NCBI GenBank assembly: GCA_963838485.1
Contig: CAWIRY010000115.1
Span: forward strand, 74,162 to 138,161
Length of the DNA: 64,000 nucleotides
Reading direction: 5' to 3'
Origin: an uncultured delta proteobacterium
Lineage (GTDB): Bacteria; Desulfobacterota; RBG-13-43-22
Shown here: piece by piece, positions 10,046 to 19,759 of the stretch
How the letters are laid out: every line of letters begins with the position of its first letter
Position numbering within the stretch: the first letter of the stretch is position 1
The notes under the pieces: generated by a model
Told to the model about the DNA's origin: nothing
Seen by the model: only the letters and a program-made list of their open reading frames with translations
Databases searched by the model: none
Made by a program: the position numbers and the translations under genes

Positions 10046-11185
10046 TCAATGTATTACCTGCTTATCTTCTAACTCAAGATTAGGCTCCTGTGCCCATGCT
10101 GTGCCCAAATTGTGCCCGTGTTCTAATTCCATGGGGTGCCCTTCCTTGAATTGGTCGATTTTTTCTTGATGATACACAACCATTTTCTTGGAGGCTTGTT
10201 TGAGGTCCTCTTCGTTGGTGATGTTATACCTTTCAAAAACGCTTCTGGTTTTATGGCCTGATACCAGCATGGCCACCTTCTCAGGAACACCAGCCCGGAC
10301 CATGTTTCTAACTGCCGTTCTTCTGAAGTCATGGAACAACCGGTCTTCAAGACCCAATGCCTTACAGGCTGTATCCCATGATCCCCGGAAGTCCTTAATC
10401 CTGTCTCCCGATTCCCCCCAAAAGACCCATTGACACTTGGGAAATTGATTGTCTCTCAAAATTTTCTGAAACCGGACGGTTTCCAATAGCTCCCCATCCA
10501 TGTAAATTATCCTGGATTCTTTGTTCTTGGTATCTTGTGGCTTCAAGTTTATCTTCCCTTCAATCAAATCAACTTGAGACCATCGAAGGCCAAGAATCTC
10601 TTCTTTCCTCATCCCGGTATGATAGGCCATGGTAATTACTGGCCTAAGATAAGAGGGGAGGGCATTTCTTAAAGCCTGATATTCATGGTGTTCAAAGAAT
10701 CCTTGTCTAACATTGTTTTCCTGCAATCTCGGAATAGAAGGGACCTGGTTTACTTTGGGTGGAGTCATCCCCTTGGCAAGGTTGAACATCCGTTTCAAAA
10801 AAGACAGTTCCCGGTTAATACTTCCGTTCTCGGCTTCCTCCTTCTGTCTTTGAAGAATATAGGACCTGACCTGTTCCGTGGTAACGTCTATAGCCCTCAT
10901 ACCTTCAAAGAAGGCTTTAAGGTGCCGAGAGCTTCTCTCTGCTCTGGGTAATGACTTCTTGCCATTTACCCGGTAATCGTTCAAGACATCTTGGGCCAGT
11001 TCGTCAAACCGGACCCGCTCGATCTTCAGGCCCGGAAAACGGTTTTCAATAACCTGGCCCTCCCTCATTTTAAGGAGGCGCTTGGCGTCCGTTTCTTTGG
11101 CTGAATGTGTACTTTCCCGGTAAGGTTTCCCGGCCCGATAGTACTTTATCCACAATACATTCCCCCTTTTAAAAATTGAACCCAT
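10046..11185 (-). CDS. Tyrosine recombinase/integrase
   Basis: HTGMRKEEI, TKNK, FHDFRRT, SGHKT..VFERY. Confidence 0.95.
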   Translation of the reverse strand: MGSIFKRGNVLWIKYYRAGKPYRESTHSAKETDAKRLLKMREGQVIENRFPGLKIERVRFDELAQDVLNDYRVNGKKSLPRAERSSRHLKAFFEGMRAIDVTTEQVRSYILQRQKEEAENGSINRELSFLKRMFNLAKGMTPPKVNQVPSIPRLQENNVRQGFFEHHEYQALRNALPSYLRPVITMAYHTGMRKEEILGLRWSQVDLIEGKINLKPQDTKNKESRIIYMDGELLETVRFQKILRDNQFPKCQWVFWGESGDRIKDFRGSWDTACKALGLEDRLFHDFRRTAVRNMVRAGVPEKVAMLVSGHKTRSVFERYNITNEEDLKQASKKMVVYHQEKIDQFKEGHPMELEHGHNLGTAWAQEPNLELEDKQVIH

Positions 11186-11222
11186 TGTTTTTCACCTCCT
11201 TTCATTCAAAATTGACCTCCTT

Positions 11223-11411
11223 TTAATTCTTCCTTTTTCCCTCTTTGTTCTCGGCCTTTTTAAACTCGGCTTTGTACTTCACCAATACATAGGCTATGCC
11301 TTCCCGGATGTAATCGGCCTGCTTAACCCTGGTGATGGTGGATAAGGTCCTCAGTCTGTCCAAGATCGCAGGCTCGATAAAAAAGGTTACTTTGGCTGTT
11401 TTCATCTTCAC
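11223..11411 (-). CDS. Ribbon-helix-helix DNA-binding protein
   Basis: KVTFFIEP..LDRLRTLS.ITRVKQADYIREGI. Confidence 0.7.
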   Translation of the reverse strand: MKMKTAKVTFFIEPAILDRLRTLSTITRVKQADYIREGIAYVLVKYKAEFKKAENKEGKRKN

Positions 11412-11490
11412 TACCTCATGTAAGGTTTAATACAGTTATAACCATATAAATAATATTTGTCAAGAGTTTTTTTAAGTGATGGTGATTTTT

Positions 11491-11712
11491 TTAATAGGTG
11501 AAGCGGGTCTTGTGTTGTTCAATGAAATGCTCCAAATCGTCAATGTCGAGGAAGTATCGTCTATCATACTTAACATAAGGCAAGGTCCCTTTCCAGATTA
11601 ATTCTCGGACAGCCACAATGGACCGGCCAAGATATACGGCTCCCTCGGCCACAGATAATAACCGGGGTTTGACATTCATAATCTTTTTTTGTTTAAATTT
11701 TTTCTCTTTCAT
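11491..11712 (-). CDS. Excisionase-like HTH_17 protein
   Basis: LLSVAEGAVYLG......LIWKGTLPYVK..RR. Confidence 0.8.
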   Translation of the reverse strand: MKEKKFKQKKIMNVKPRLLSVAEGAVYLGRSIVAVRELIWKGTLPYVKYDRRYFLDIDDLEHFIEQHKTRFTY

Positions 11713-11802
11713 TGGTAACGCCAGGGATTCTCTATCCTCTGCGCCTTTGTAAGTTAATAATAACTTAAGAATATTTCTATGTGTGTGCCCGGACTGTGCC
11801 CG

Positions 11803-12342
11803 CTATTTGTCAACTATTCCCCTACCCCTACGTCCCGATAGGCCCTTAATCTGGTTTTTTAACCCGCCCCAAGACACCCGACATGAAATGTTTGGCTTAC
11901 CATGCATAGGTTTCTCTTTAGATTCCCCTAGGGGACAATTATTTCGAACGGTTTCACACTTCTTTTTTGATCCTGATTTTCCCAAAAAATAGGCATCATG
12001 GAAACACCACCGCCCCGTACCCAAATAGTTCCATTTAGCCCCAGCAGGACAGGTCTCGCATTTGCCAGGTTCGATTTTGAGATCCAATTTCAACATTGAA
12101 ACCTTTTGACTTCTATTGATCATTCCTGCGGATGTAGTCGTGTCTTTGGTATTGAATACAGGTTCATATTTCTCTTCCCAGGGGATAGCTTCTTCTTTGG
12201 TGGTGTTGAGTAAGGGGAAATTGAGTATCCCTATTGCAAAAGGATCATCCTCTCGGGAATTCAAGGTGGAATTCTCTTTCACAATAGTGGGTGGTATCCC
12301 CATCTTCTGTAAAAAATCTGAACTAAAGATTGATTCTTTCAT
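11803..12342 (-). CDS. Hypothetical protein with Cys cluster
   Basis: 179-aa ORF co-oriented in module; CETCPA..WCFH..C....NCP. Confidence 0.5.
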   Translation of the reverse strand: MKESIFSSDFLQKMGIPPTIVKENSTLNSREDDPFAIGILNFPLLNTTKEEAIPWEEKYEPVFNTKDTTTSAGMINRSQKVSMLKLDLKIEPGKCETCPAGAKWNYLGTGRWCFHDAYFLGKSGSKKKCETVRNNCPLGESKEKPMHGKPNISCRVSWGGLKNQIKGLSGRRGRGIVDK

Positions 12343-12361
12343 CTTCTTGAAATCCTAAGAT

Positions 12362-12640
12362 TGGGATATATGGGATGTAAGTGGGACGTGGTTCAACTCG
12401 TTTTTAATAATTATTTCAACAATATAAATACTTTTATCCATATTTGTCCCACGTCCCAAGCAAAAACAACCCTTCCTATACAAAATATTTTTCACACACG
12501 TTTTTTTTATATTGTGTGTGGTGTTTTTTTCTCTTAAGACAAAATATTTTACATAACATGGGATATAATCATATAATTAATTGTATTTATTAAATATTAT
12601 ACGTCCCAATGACGTCCCATTCACGTCCCAGGCGTCCCAC
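12362..12640. promoter_or_regulatory. Putative replication origin: ACGTCCCA iterons flanking AT-rich core
   Basis: four (A/G)CGTCCCA copies 12601-12639, more at 12446-12458, inverted GGGA(C/T)GT at 12362-12389; directly after primase. Confidence 0.6.
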
Positions 12641-12641
12641 C

Positions 12642-15600
12642 CTAATAGTCAAGGGCATCAATTGTTTCCCGCTTAATCACAATCATCCGGTCTTTGGTCC
12701 CGTTAATATATCTCTGTAAAGTATAACCGCCATTTTTTTCGTTAGATTTTTCAATCCAGCCAAGTTCCTTCCAACCGGCTAAAATCGCATCGGGAGAATA
12801 CCCCATCCGTTTTAATTCACTTTTTAAAACAGTCCGTATAAATCCAATTTCGTCCCAATCTCGTAATTCATCCCATCTCCCTGCCCAGCCACCTGGCGGT
12901 GATTTCGGTTTCCCTTCATTGTCAGTTAAGTGCCGTCCCCAAAATCGATATTCGTTAGAAACGGCCCAGGAATATAAATCGTGAAAAGCCCTAACCTCAC
13001 CTGCTGCATCTATGGCCTCAGCGGCGATCATCGGCCAAACTTCATTTATTCGTTCTTCAAAGTCCCATGGAGTGATTCCTGCCTTCCAGGTCAGGATTTC
13101 GGCCATATGAAGTACTGCAAATCCTTGAGCCAGCCGACCTCCTTCGGTCGTACCCGCTATCCCTGCATATTTTTCGATAAATTTATGGTATTCATCCTTG
13201 AATTCTTTCCAGCTCGAACGATTTTTTAATAGCCAACTTATAAAGGCCGGCCCTGCATGACCGTAATTAAGGAGGAGTCTATTGTTGGTTTCATCTACCA
13301 CCCGGCGGATCCTCTCACTGTCTCTAATGAAAGGTGTTCCTCGAATTTCAAGGCATCTAACCCGGCTTCCTCCATCTTGCGTAAAAGAGGTTGCCGGGGC
13401 TTCTCCACTTGAGATCAGGACAGTCTGCCAAGTTCTTGTTCGAGCAAGACTCTGTGTGTTTCCCCGCCCTCGACCCCTTCCTTGCACAATGGCGTAGATC
13501 ATTTCGGCCACCATCTGTAGCTTCTTGGCCCGTTTTGTATCGTCCAAAATCAGTGGAATTCCGTTGAGAATGGCGCTGGCTCTCTCCAACCAGACCTTGG
13601 TGGCATCCCAGGACGACATTGCACCATCACCTTTTTCGTCCGGCAAACCCCATACACTTGCTGCTATACGGAGAATGGTGGTTTTTCCGGTTGAGGTACG
13701 ATTGGCAAAATCAACCACGAAATTGGGGGCATTCAAAATATGGAGTAAAGGAGCCGCAAAAGAAGCATAAAGCCCTATCAAAACCTTGGGGTAGTAGTGC
13801 AAAGGTCCAATTATTTTCTGCCATTCTTCGAAGGTCCCCAAAGATTTGAACCCATCGGCTATCTGTTCATCACCGGATGCCATTCCTCTGAAGGCTGTCC
13901 AGTCGTCCCGCCAATCTTCCGGCGCTAAATTTTCAATATTAAGCTCCGAGGTTAGTTCTCCATAGGGAGAGATCAGTTTCCGTCCCCACAAAAAACCTTT
14001 TCTCCCATCCTTGCCCTGCCAGCCCATATGATCAGAAACTCGCATTTGGGGAAGTGTTGCAATATTAATGGCCTCAAGTTGATGCAGGTAGGCTGCGATC
14101 TTAGTATTGTTATCCCCGGCGACAGGGAATCCATTTGAAGCCAGAGTCAAAAGCTTTCTTGGATCGAGGCAAATTCCTCGGTCTACGACTTTATCTATCC
14201 AACGATTGTTTCGGAACCAAGCCAGACGAAAATACTCAATACCTTCCTCGCTATTTCGAAACCTACCTGTAATTAAGATGGGAGCATGAGCAATGACTTG
14301 AGGGATCGGTATTGTCGTGCCCTGAATAAATTCTAAAGTTTCAGTTCCACTTAAGGATAAAGAATAATTCCGGGGAATAAGTAAGGCAGGGTAAGGGCAA
14401 CTGCAATCGGGAAGCATTTCACATGCTGTTTTTAATTGAGAAGCCTCTTCGGGTTTTAAACTTCGAAGTTTAAACCTTTCCTCTTTTGACTTGTCTTTGA
14501 TTAACTTCCGGAATACGTCGATGGTTCGCACGGGCAGGCCTTTATTTCTCATATCCCCCAGAGTGGCCTCAAAAAATCCAGGATCTTGGTTAGATACGAG
14601 AACAAAGGCTTGAAGTATCTCTGGGGACTCCATTGCCTTGATTAAGCTTTCTTTCAAATTCTCTGATTGCCTGATGCCTTTAACAACTTCAAGAGCGGAG
14701 GCAAAAACTAAATCAGTTCCATTCACACTTTTGGGAGCATTTGAGGTTCTAAAATTCGGCCTATAGGTTTCCCGAGTACCTGAAACGGCCTCCTCAATGA
14801 CCCCTTGACCGTAGGTTCGGCCATCACCGTAATGTTTTTCATCCCATTTTTCTCGAAACAAACCTGAGATCCTAAATAGTCGGTCAATTTGTTCCTGATT
14901 ATTACCCGTCCAAAAAGCCAACTTCCCACATAACGCAAGATCTGCCTCCGAATGAGAGGTGTACCCAGAAATATTACCTTCCCAAAGTTGGGTAAATCGA
15001 TCTCCATTAATGGCAGATTTGGCTTTCTTAATAACTTCAAGATCCTCAAGGGGCTGACTTTCTCTATACCTCTTGGGCTGGCTCTGGCTATTTGGGGTAG
15101 GGGTAGCATTGGTTCCCTGGCCGAATATCTCTTGGTGGATTTCATTGATTTCCGCTTGACGGTGTTCAACGGTCAACGGTGTGCCTTCAATGTGGTGGCC
15201 GGTAATGGTAAAGAAACGCCCCTTCTCGTAGACTTCGAAATCTCCTTTTTTATTCCCAGGTCCTGGAAGTTTTCCCTTAACAAAAATTCGGACTCCAGTT
15301 CCGGATGGTGAGATCTCAGAATATGAATTAAGCCGGTTGATTATATCCTGGGCCCATGGTTCGATTTCTCCCGTTTCAGAATTTCGGCAATGGTCCAAGT
15401 CAACGCCCGCAAAGCCATCAGCATCCGAAACAACAAAGCCGATCCCCTGAATTCTTACTCCGTTACCGTTGTTATTTTCTCGATAAAAGGCTGTAACTTT
15501 ATCGAAAGGGGACCAGGTCTCTGGGTCGTTTGTTTTTGCTTTTGCTCCAGTTTGAGCGTTTATTGGAATTTTGGTAGGCTTTCCCTTTTCTGTTTCTGCA

Positions 15601-15890
15601 AATTTCCAACAAACCCATTGAGGTAGGACTGTCAATTCTTTTGGGATTCGTTCGAAAAAAATATCACCATCCCGGACAGTTTCATCAGAAAGCCCAGGAT
15701 TGCGAAGGTCAGCGAGATGGTCGGGGTGAAAGTTAAGCGTCATTTCTCTCCCCCCGTCCTCGTTCCCGGTCTGCCAGGATTCAGCGGCTAATGACGAACC
15801 TGTTGGATTGAACGTGTGAAGAGGGCGATCAACTTGGGATAGAAATCTTTCTTTGTCCATATCGCCCTCCATTTTCTTTGCCCTTACCAT
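12642..15890 (-). CDS. Primase-polymerase (NrS-1-like) fused to DUF927 helicase
   Basis: PQWVCW, GVDLDHC, YSEISPSGTG, SEADLAL, RTSTGKTT Walker A, LILDD; true start may be 15860 or 15743. Confidence 0.85.
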   Translation of the reverse strand: MVRAKKMEGDMDKERFLSQVDRPLHTFNPTGSSLAAESWQTGNEDGGREMTLNFHPDHLADLRNPGLSDETVRDGDIFFERIPKELTVLPQWVCWKFAETEKGKPTKIPINAQTGAKAKTNDPETWSPFDKVTAFYRENNNGNGVRIQGIGFVVSDADGFAGVDLDHCRNSETGEIEPWAQDIINRLNSYSEISPSGTGVRIFVKGKLPGPGNKKGDFEVYEKGRFFTITGHHIEGTPLTVEHRQAEINEIHQEIFGQGTNATPTPNSQSQPKRYRESQPLEDLEVIKKAKSAINGDRFTQLWEGNISGYTSHSEADLALCGKLAFWTGNNQEQIDRLFRISGLFREKWDEKHYGDGRTYGQGVIEEAVSGTRETYRPNFRTSNAPKSVNGTDLVFASALEVVKGIRQSENLKESLIKAMESPEILQAFVLVSNQDPGFFEATLGDMRNKGLPVRTIDVFRKLIKDKSKEERFKLRSLKPEEASQLKTACEMLPDCSCPYPALLIPRNYSLSLSGTETLEFIQGTTIPIPQVIAHAPILITGRFRNSEEGIEYFRLAWFRNNRWIDKVVDRGICLDPRKLLTLASNGFPVAGDNNTKIAAYLHQLEAINIATLPQMRVSDHMGWQGKDGRKGFLWGRKLISPYGELTSELNIENLAPEDWRDDWTAFRGMASGDEQIADGFKSLGTFEEWQKIIGPLHYYPKVLIGLYASFAAPLLHILNAPNFVVDFANRTSTGKTTILRIAASVWGLPDEKGDGAMSSWDATKVWLERASAILNGIPLILDDTKRAKKLQMVAEMIYAIVQGRGRGRGNTQSLARTRTWQTVLISSGEAPATSFTQDGGSRVRCLEIRGTPFIRDSERIRRVVDETNNRLLLNYGHAGPAFISWLLKNRSSWKEFKDEYHKFIEKYAGIAGTTEGGRLAQGFAVLHMAEILTWKAGITPWDFEERINEVWPMIAAEAIDAAGEVRAFHDLYSWAVSNEYRFWGRHLTDNEGKPKSPPGGWAGRWDELRDWDEIGFIRTVLKSELKRMGYSPDAILAGWKELGWIEKSNEKNGGYTLQRYINGTKDRMIVIKRETIDALDY

Positions 15891-16125
15891 TATCTTTAGC
15901 AGTTAACATTTTCCCCCGAAGGGTCTTGACGCTGGTGGCGAAGTCAGCAACCCCGACTTCGGAATTCTGGTTGAACAGGTTCATGAGACCATAAACCCGA
16001 TCTGTTGCCGGAAAGGTGAAAACGACCTTTCCGCCTTTAGCCTCAAGCCTTGGCTCTATTCCATGTAGTGAGAGAAAAGAAGATAGGTAGATATCGAGAA
16101 GATTGATAATTTTTGTCTCTGCCAT
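15829..16125 (-). CDS. DUF5659-like small protein
   Basis: DIYLSSFLSLHG...KVVFTF; typical position upstream of primase. Confidence 0.55.
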   Translation of the reverse strand: MAETKIINLLDIYLSSFLSLHGIEPRLEAKGGKVVFTFPATDRVYGLMNLFNQNSEVGVADFATSVKTLRGKMLTAKDNGKGKENGGRYGQRKISIPS

Positions 16126-16270
16126 AAACCCTCCATTTTCCTGAGATTTAAGAAGGGAGAATCTTATCCCTTCAGCTCCTTAGAATCCGAAAAAAGGGTA
16201 TAGGGGCTTTTTTCTCCGATAGGTTAATGAAAGGCACCCAAATGGTTTTGAGTAAGAGAAGGGAGGCAGG

Positions 16271-17566
16271 TTAATCGGACGTATCTTCCTGGGAATCTTC
16301 ACCAATAACATGAGAAAGATGTGCAGGGTCCGTTGTGTGCAAGGGCTTAAAAAGCATCATCCGACGATTAAAATCTTTCATAAAATCAATGAGATATTTG
16401 CATTCTTTTGTGCATTCTAATCCATGTTCAGGACAATTATAATCCTTCTGTTTCGTTTTCGTTGAGGGATAGGGCTTTCTATGGATAGCCCCATAAATGA
16501 GTTTAACCCCCTTTTCAATTTTATCTTCCCCCTTAACGGGCTGACCTATGACACCTTTCAAGGTCTTTTTGCCACGCATTGATTTAATTGTTTCTGTTAT
16601 TTCGCCAATTTTAATTTTTACATCCTCATATCGATCTGGATGTTTCCGCTCTGTAAAATCCAAGAGAGCAATCGCTCTGAAAGTGAAAGTATCCTTGCTG
16701 GGCTTTTGAGACCCTGCATCAATGTTTAGGTCATACCACTTAAGATATCGTTCAAAAGTGGAATTCTTTATGTGGTAAAGGAACATTAAGTCTTTTTGAT
16801 GGAAAATAGGTATAAAAAATTTCCCATCTGGTTCTTGTTGTTGTGAGTTTTTATACTTTTTGAGATGTTTTTTTACAGCCTCAATGACGATTTTTTTAAT
16901 TAACTTTTGGTCATTATTATCAATAAGTGAAAGGTTAATGAAAATTGGAAGTTTATAAATAGGGCTATACACTTTAGTGAGTGAAGGATCTCCAGGAGTG
17001 TCATCAATAATAACATCATCTAATGGCCACGCATTCTTAATAGGCGATGGAGTTATAGGCACTTCAACTGGTGAAGGTATATCGAATATTACAGACCATA
17101 GTGTATCAATGGGAAACACCCCAAAAAGGTGTGTCTTCTCTTCATCAATGACTGTATGAACCGAAGTATGTATTTCGCAATACCATTTTCGCTGGAGTTC
17201 CGTTACTGTGGCTTTTAGATTCACAATATAGTTTTCTCCATTCCCAAAATTCCGATTAAGCCTGAAACAATCAATTGAAAAAACGGAGGAGGAGTCTATG
17301 GGCGTTCCAAGTTTTCTTCGGGGAGGAAGCCAAATTCTCCTTAATGGCTCAAGATTTTCCATTATTATTTGGGAAAGTTTTTTAGAAAGAGGATCACGTT
17401 TAATGAGTTCAACTATTTGTGCCCCAATTTTTCGAGCAAACTCAGTCTGAGGAGCATTTTTGATGCTCTTTGTCCATTCTTTAATAAACGGAGCCTCACG
17501 TCCTGATAATTTTCTCATTCTAAGATAACTTTCAATTTGATATGGATCGTATATATGCGTTTCCAT
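16271..17566 (-). CDS. Hypothetical protein, possible transcriptional regulator
   Basis: 431-aa ORF from METHI; YLKWYDL..TFRAIA HTH-like segment and C-terminal CPEH...C...C. Confidence 0.6.
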   Translation of the reverse strand: METHIYDPYQIESYLRMRKLSGREAPFIKEWTKSIKNAPQTEFARKIGAQIVELIKRDPLSKKLSQIIMENLEPLRRIWLPPRRKLGTPIDSSSVFSIDCFRLNRNFGNGENYIVNLKATVTELQRKWYCEIHTSVHTVIDEEKTHLFGVFPIDTLWSVIFDIPSPVEVPITPSPIKNAWPLDDVIIDDTPGDPSLTKVYSPIYKLPIFINLSLIDNNDQKLIKKIVIEAVKKHLKKYKNSQQQEPDGKFFIPIFHQKDLMFLYHIKNSTFERYLKWYDLNIDAGSQKPSKDTFTFRAIALLDFTERKHPDRYEDVKIKIGEITETIKSMRGKKTLKGVIGQPVKGEDKIEKGVKLIYGAIHRKPYPSTKTKQKDYNCPEHGLECTKECKYLIDFMKDFNRRMMLFKPLHTTDPAHLSHVIGEDSQEDTSD

Positions 17567-17775
17567 TTGCCGTTTCCTTTTACCTAGGAGCCTGTCGGAC
17601 TTAAAAAATACATAATACATAAGAATTTCCGTTATATTAAATATAGGGAGAATTTTTTCCTTTCTTTGCTAAAAAATCGAAAAAATGATTCAGAATTAGG
17701 AATGGCCACAGCTATCCAGAAAGATGGGGGCTAAATATTATTTTTAATGCCAAAACCATTCCTATTAACTGTCAA

Positions 17776-18897
17776 CTCTGCAAGACTGATAATATCTTTC
17801 ATACCTTATTAATCAGGAGCAATAGGGTTTTAATCATGTTCTGGTGGACCTCTGCAAGACTGTTAATGTCTTTAATACATTATTTATCAGGAGCAATAGG
17901 GTTTTAATCATGTTCTGGTGGACCTCTGCAAGACTGATAATATCTTTCATACCTTATTAATCAGGAGCAATAGGGTTTTAATCATGTTCTGGTGGAACTC
18001 TGCAAGACTGATAATGTCTTTCATACCTTATTAATCAGGAGCAATAGGGTTTTAATCATGTTCTGGTGGACCTCTGCAAGACTGTTAATGTCTTTAATAC
18101 CTTATTTATCAGGAGCAATAGGGTTTTAATCATGTTCTGGTGGACCTCTGCAAGACTGATAATATCTTTCATACCTTATTAATCAGGAGCAATAGGGTTT
18201 TAATCATGTTCTGGTGGACCTCTGCAAGACTGATAATATCTTTCATACCTTATTAATCAGGAGCAATAGGGTTTTAATGATGTTCTGGTGGACCTCTGCA
18301 AGACTGTTAATGTCTTTAATACCTTATTTATCAGGAGCAATAGGGTTTTAATCATGTTCTGGTGGAACTCTGCAAGACTGATAATATCTTTCATACCTTA
18401 TTAATCAGGAGCAATAGGGTTTTAATGATGTTCTGGTGGACCTCTGCAAGACTGGTAATGTGTGTTAATACTTTTAGAACTCTGCGAGACTGATAATGTC
18501 TTTAATACCTTATTTATCAGGAGCAATAGGGTTTTAATCATGTTCTGGTAGACCTCTGCAAGACTGTTAATGTCGTTAATACCTTATTAATCAGGAGCAA
18601 TAGGGTTTTAATCATGTTCTGGTGGACCTCTGCAAGACTGGTAATTGCAAAACTGATAATATCTTTCATACCTTATTAATCAGGAGCAATAGGGTTTTAA
18701 TGATGTTCTGGTGGACCTCTGCAAAACTGTTAATGTCTTTAATACATTATTTATCAGGAGCAATAGGGTTTTAATCATGTTCTGGTGGACCTCTGCAAGA
18801 CTGATAATATCTTTCATACCTTATTAATCAGGAGCAATAGGGTTTTAATGATGTCCTGGGAGAACTCTGCAAGACTGTTAATAGCGTTAATACATTA
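17776..18897. repeat. Tandem array of 74-bp units (14 essentially complete + 3 partial)
   Basis: unit CTCTGCAAGACTGATAATATCTTTCATACCTTATTAATCAGGAGCAATAGGGTTTTAATCATGTTCTGGTGGAC starting 17776, 17850, 17924 ... 18791. Confidence 0.97.
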
Positions 18898-19489
18898 TTT
18901 TTGAATTAACTTGAAGATACAAACCGCGTGTATAAATCAACCTTGCTAAGATAAGCCATACCCTCCCACCACTACTTCCAACGGGTCCCATCTATCCATT
19001 TTTGAGACTCCTGTCGAATAATTTTTACCATGTCAGTGCATCAGGCAATAGATCCAATATTGCTATGTGCATTATAATTCTGGTATAAGGTTTGGGAAAA
19101 GATAGTTGCAGCGTTCCAGGCTGGTTTCACCCAGCCACTACCGAGGGGCATTTCGACCACCAAATTACTCTCCAAAAGTCCATCTGAAATGCCCCAGGAT
19201 CGACGATCTTCCTCCAGCCCATCTAAATACCTTCATTAAATAAGTATCTATAGTCGTTATGAAATTAACTTTTGAGGCCTTTATAGAGATTTTAGGGAAT
19301 GGTTTAGTAGCCACACTCCCAAAGTCGTGTATTTACTATTAGTATTTTCAATAACTTGCAAAGGGAAAAATAGAGAACACTGCTTTTTTGCAACCTGCTT
19401 TCTATGGTTTTTGTGCATTTTGCGGAAGAATTGTCACAGAATTAAAATGGGATATCATCCGGGAAATCACCGTCGGGCTGATGATCGTT

Positions 19490-19671
19490 GAGAGTGGCTC
19501 CGGTTCTACAACCAGGAACGCCCTCATCAAACCTTTGGACAACTAACCCCGGATGAGGTATATTATAGCTTACCTTCTCCAATAACCCAGGCAGCCTGAT
19601 GCCTATATTAACAACCCTTACTCAGAGCTTATTCCCATGTTCAGGCTGTCCAACTACTTGGGTCCACCTAC
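19490..19671 (+). pseudogene. IS3-family transposase C-terminal remnant with right end
   Basis: EWLRFYNQERPHQTFGQLTPDEVY..AA* then TGTCCAAC..GGGTCCACC terminal-like sequence. Confidence 0.65.
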
Positions 19672-19759
19672 CTATACTGTCAAAAAAGTTTATATAAACT
19701 GTCTTGTTAATATTAGACATATTGAGTCTTCCCTTTCAATATCTGTGAACAAATAAAAA

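Larger units (their letters stand above)
9957..18900 (-). mobile_element. Satellite/IME-like integration-replication module at tRNA-Leu; cargo probably extends much further
   Basis: integrase adjacent to tRNA 3' end, xis, primase-helicase, iterons, more AT-rich DNA; no capsid genes; attR not seen. Confidence 0.75.

Noticed and set aside
17776-18897. CRISPR or TIGR-type guide array
   Set aside because: No unique spacers, units near-identical along their whole length, and no cas or Nop-domain gene recognised nearby
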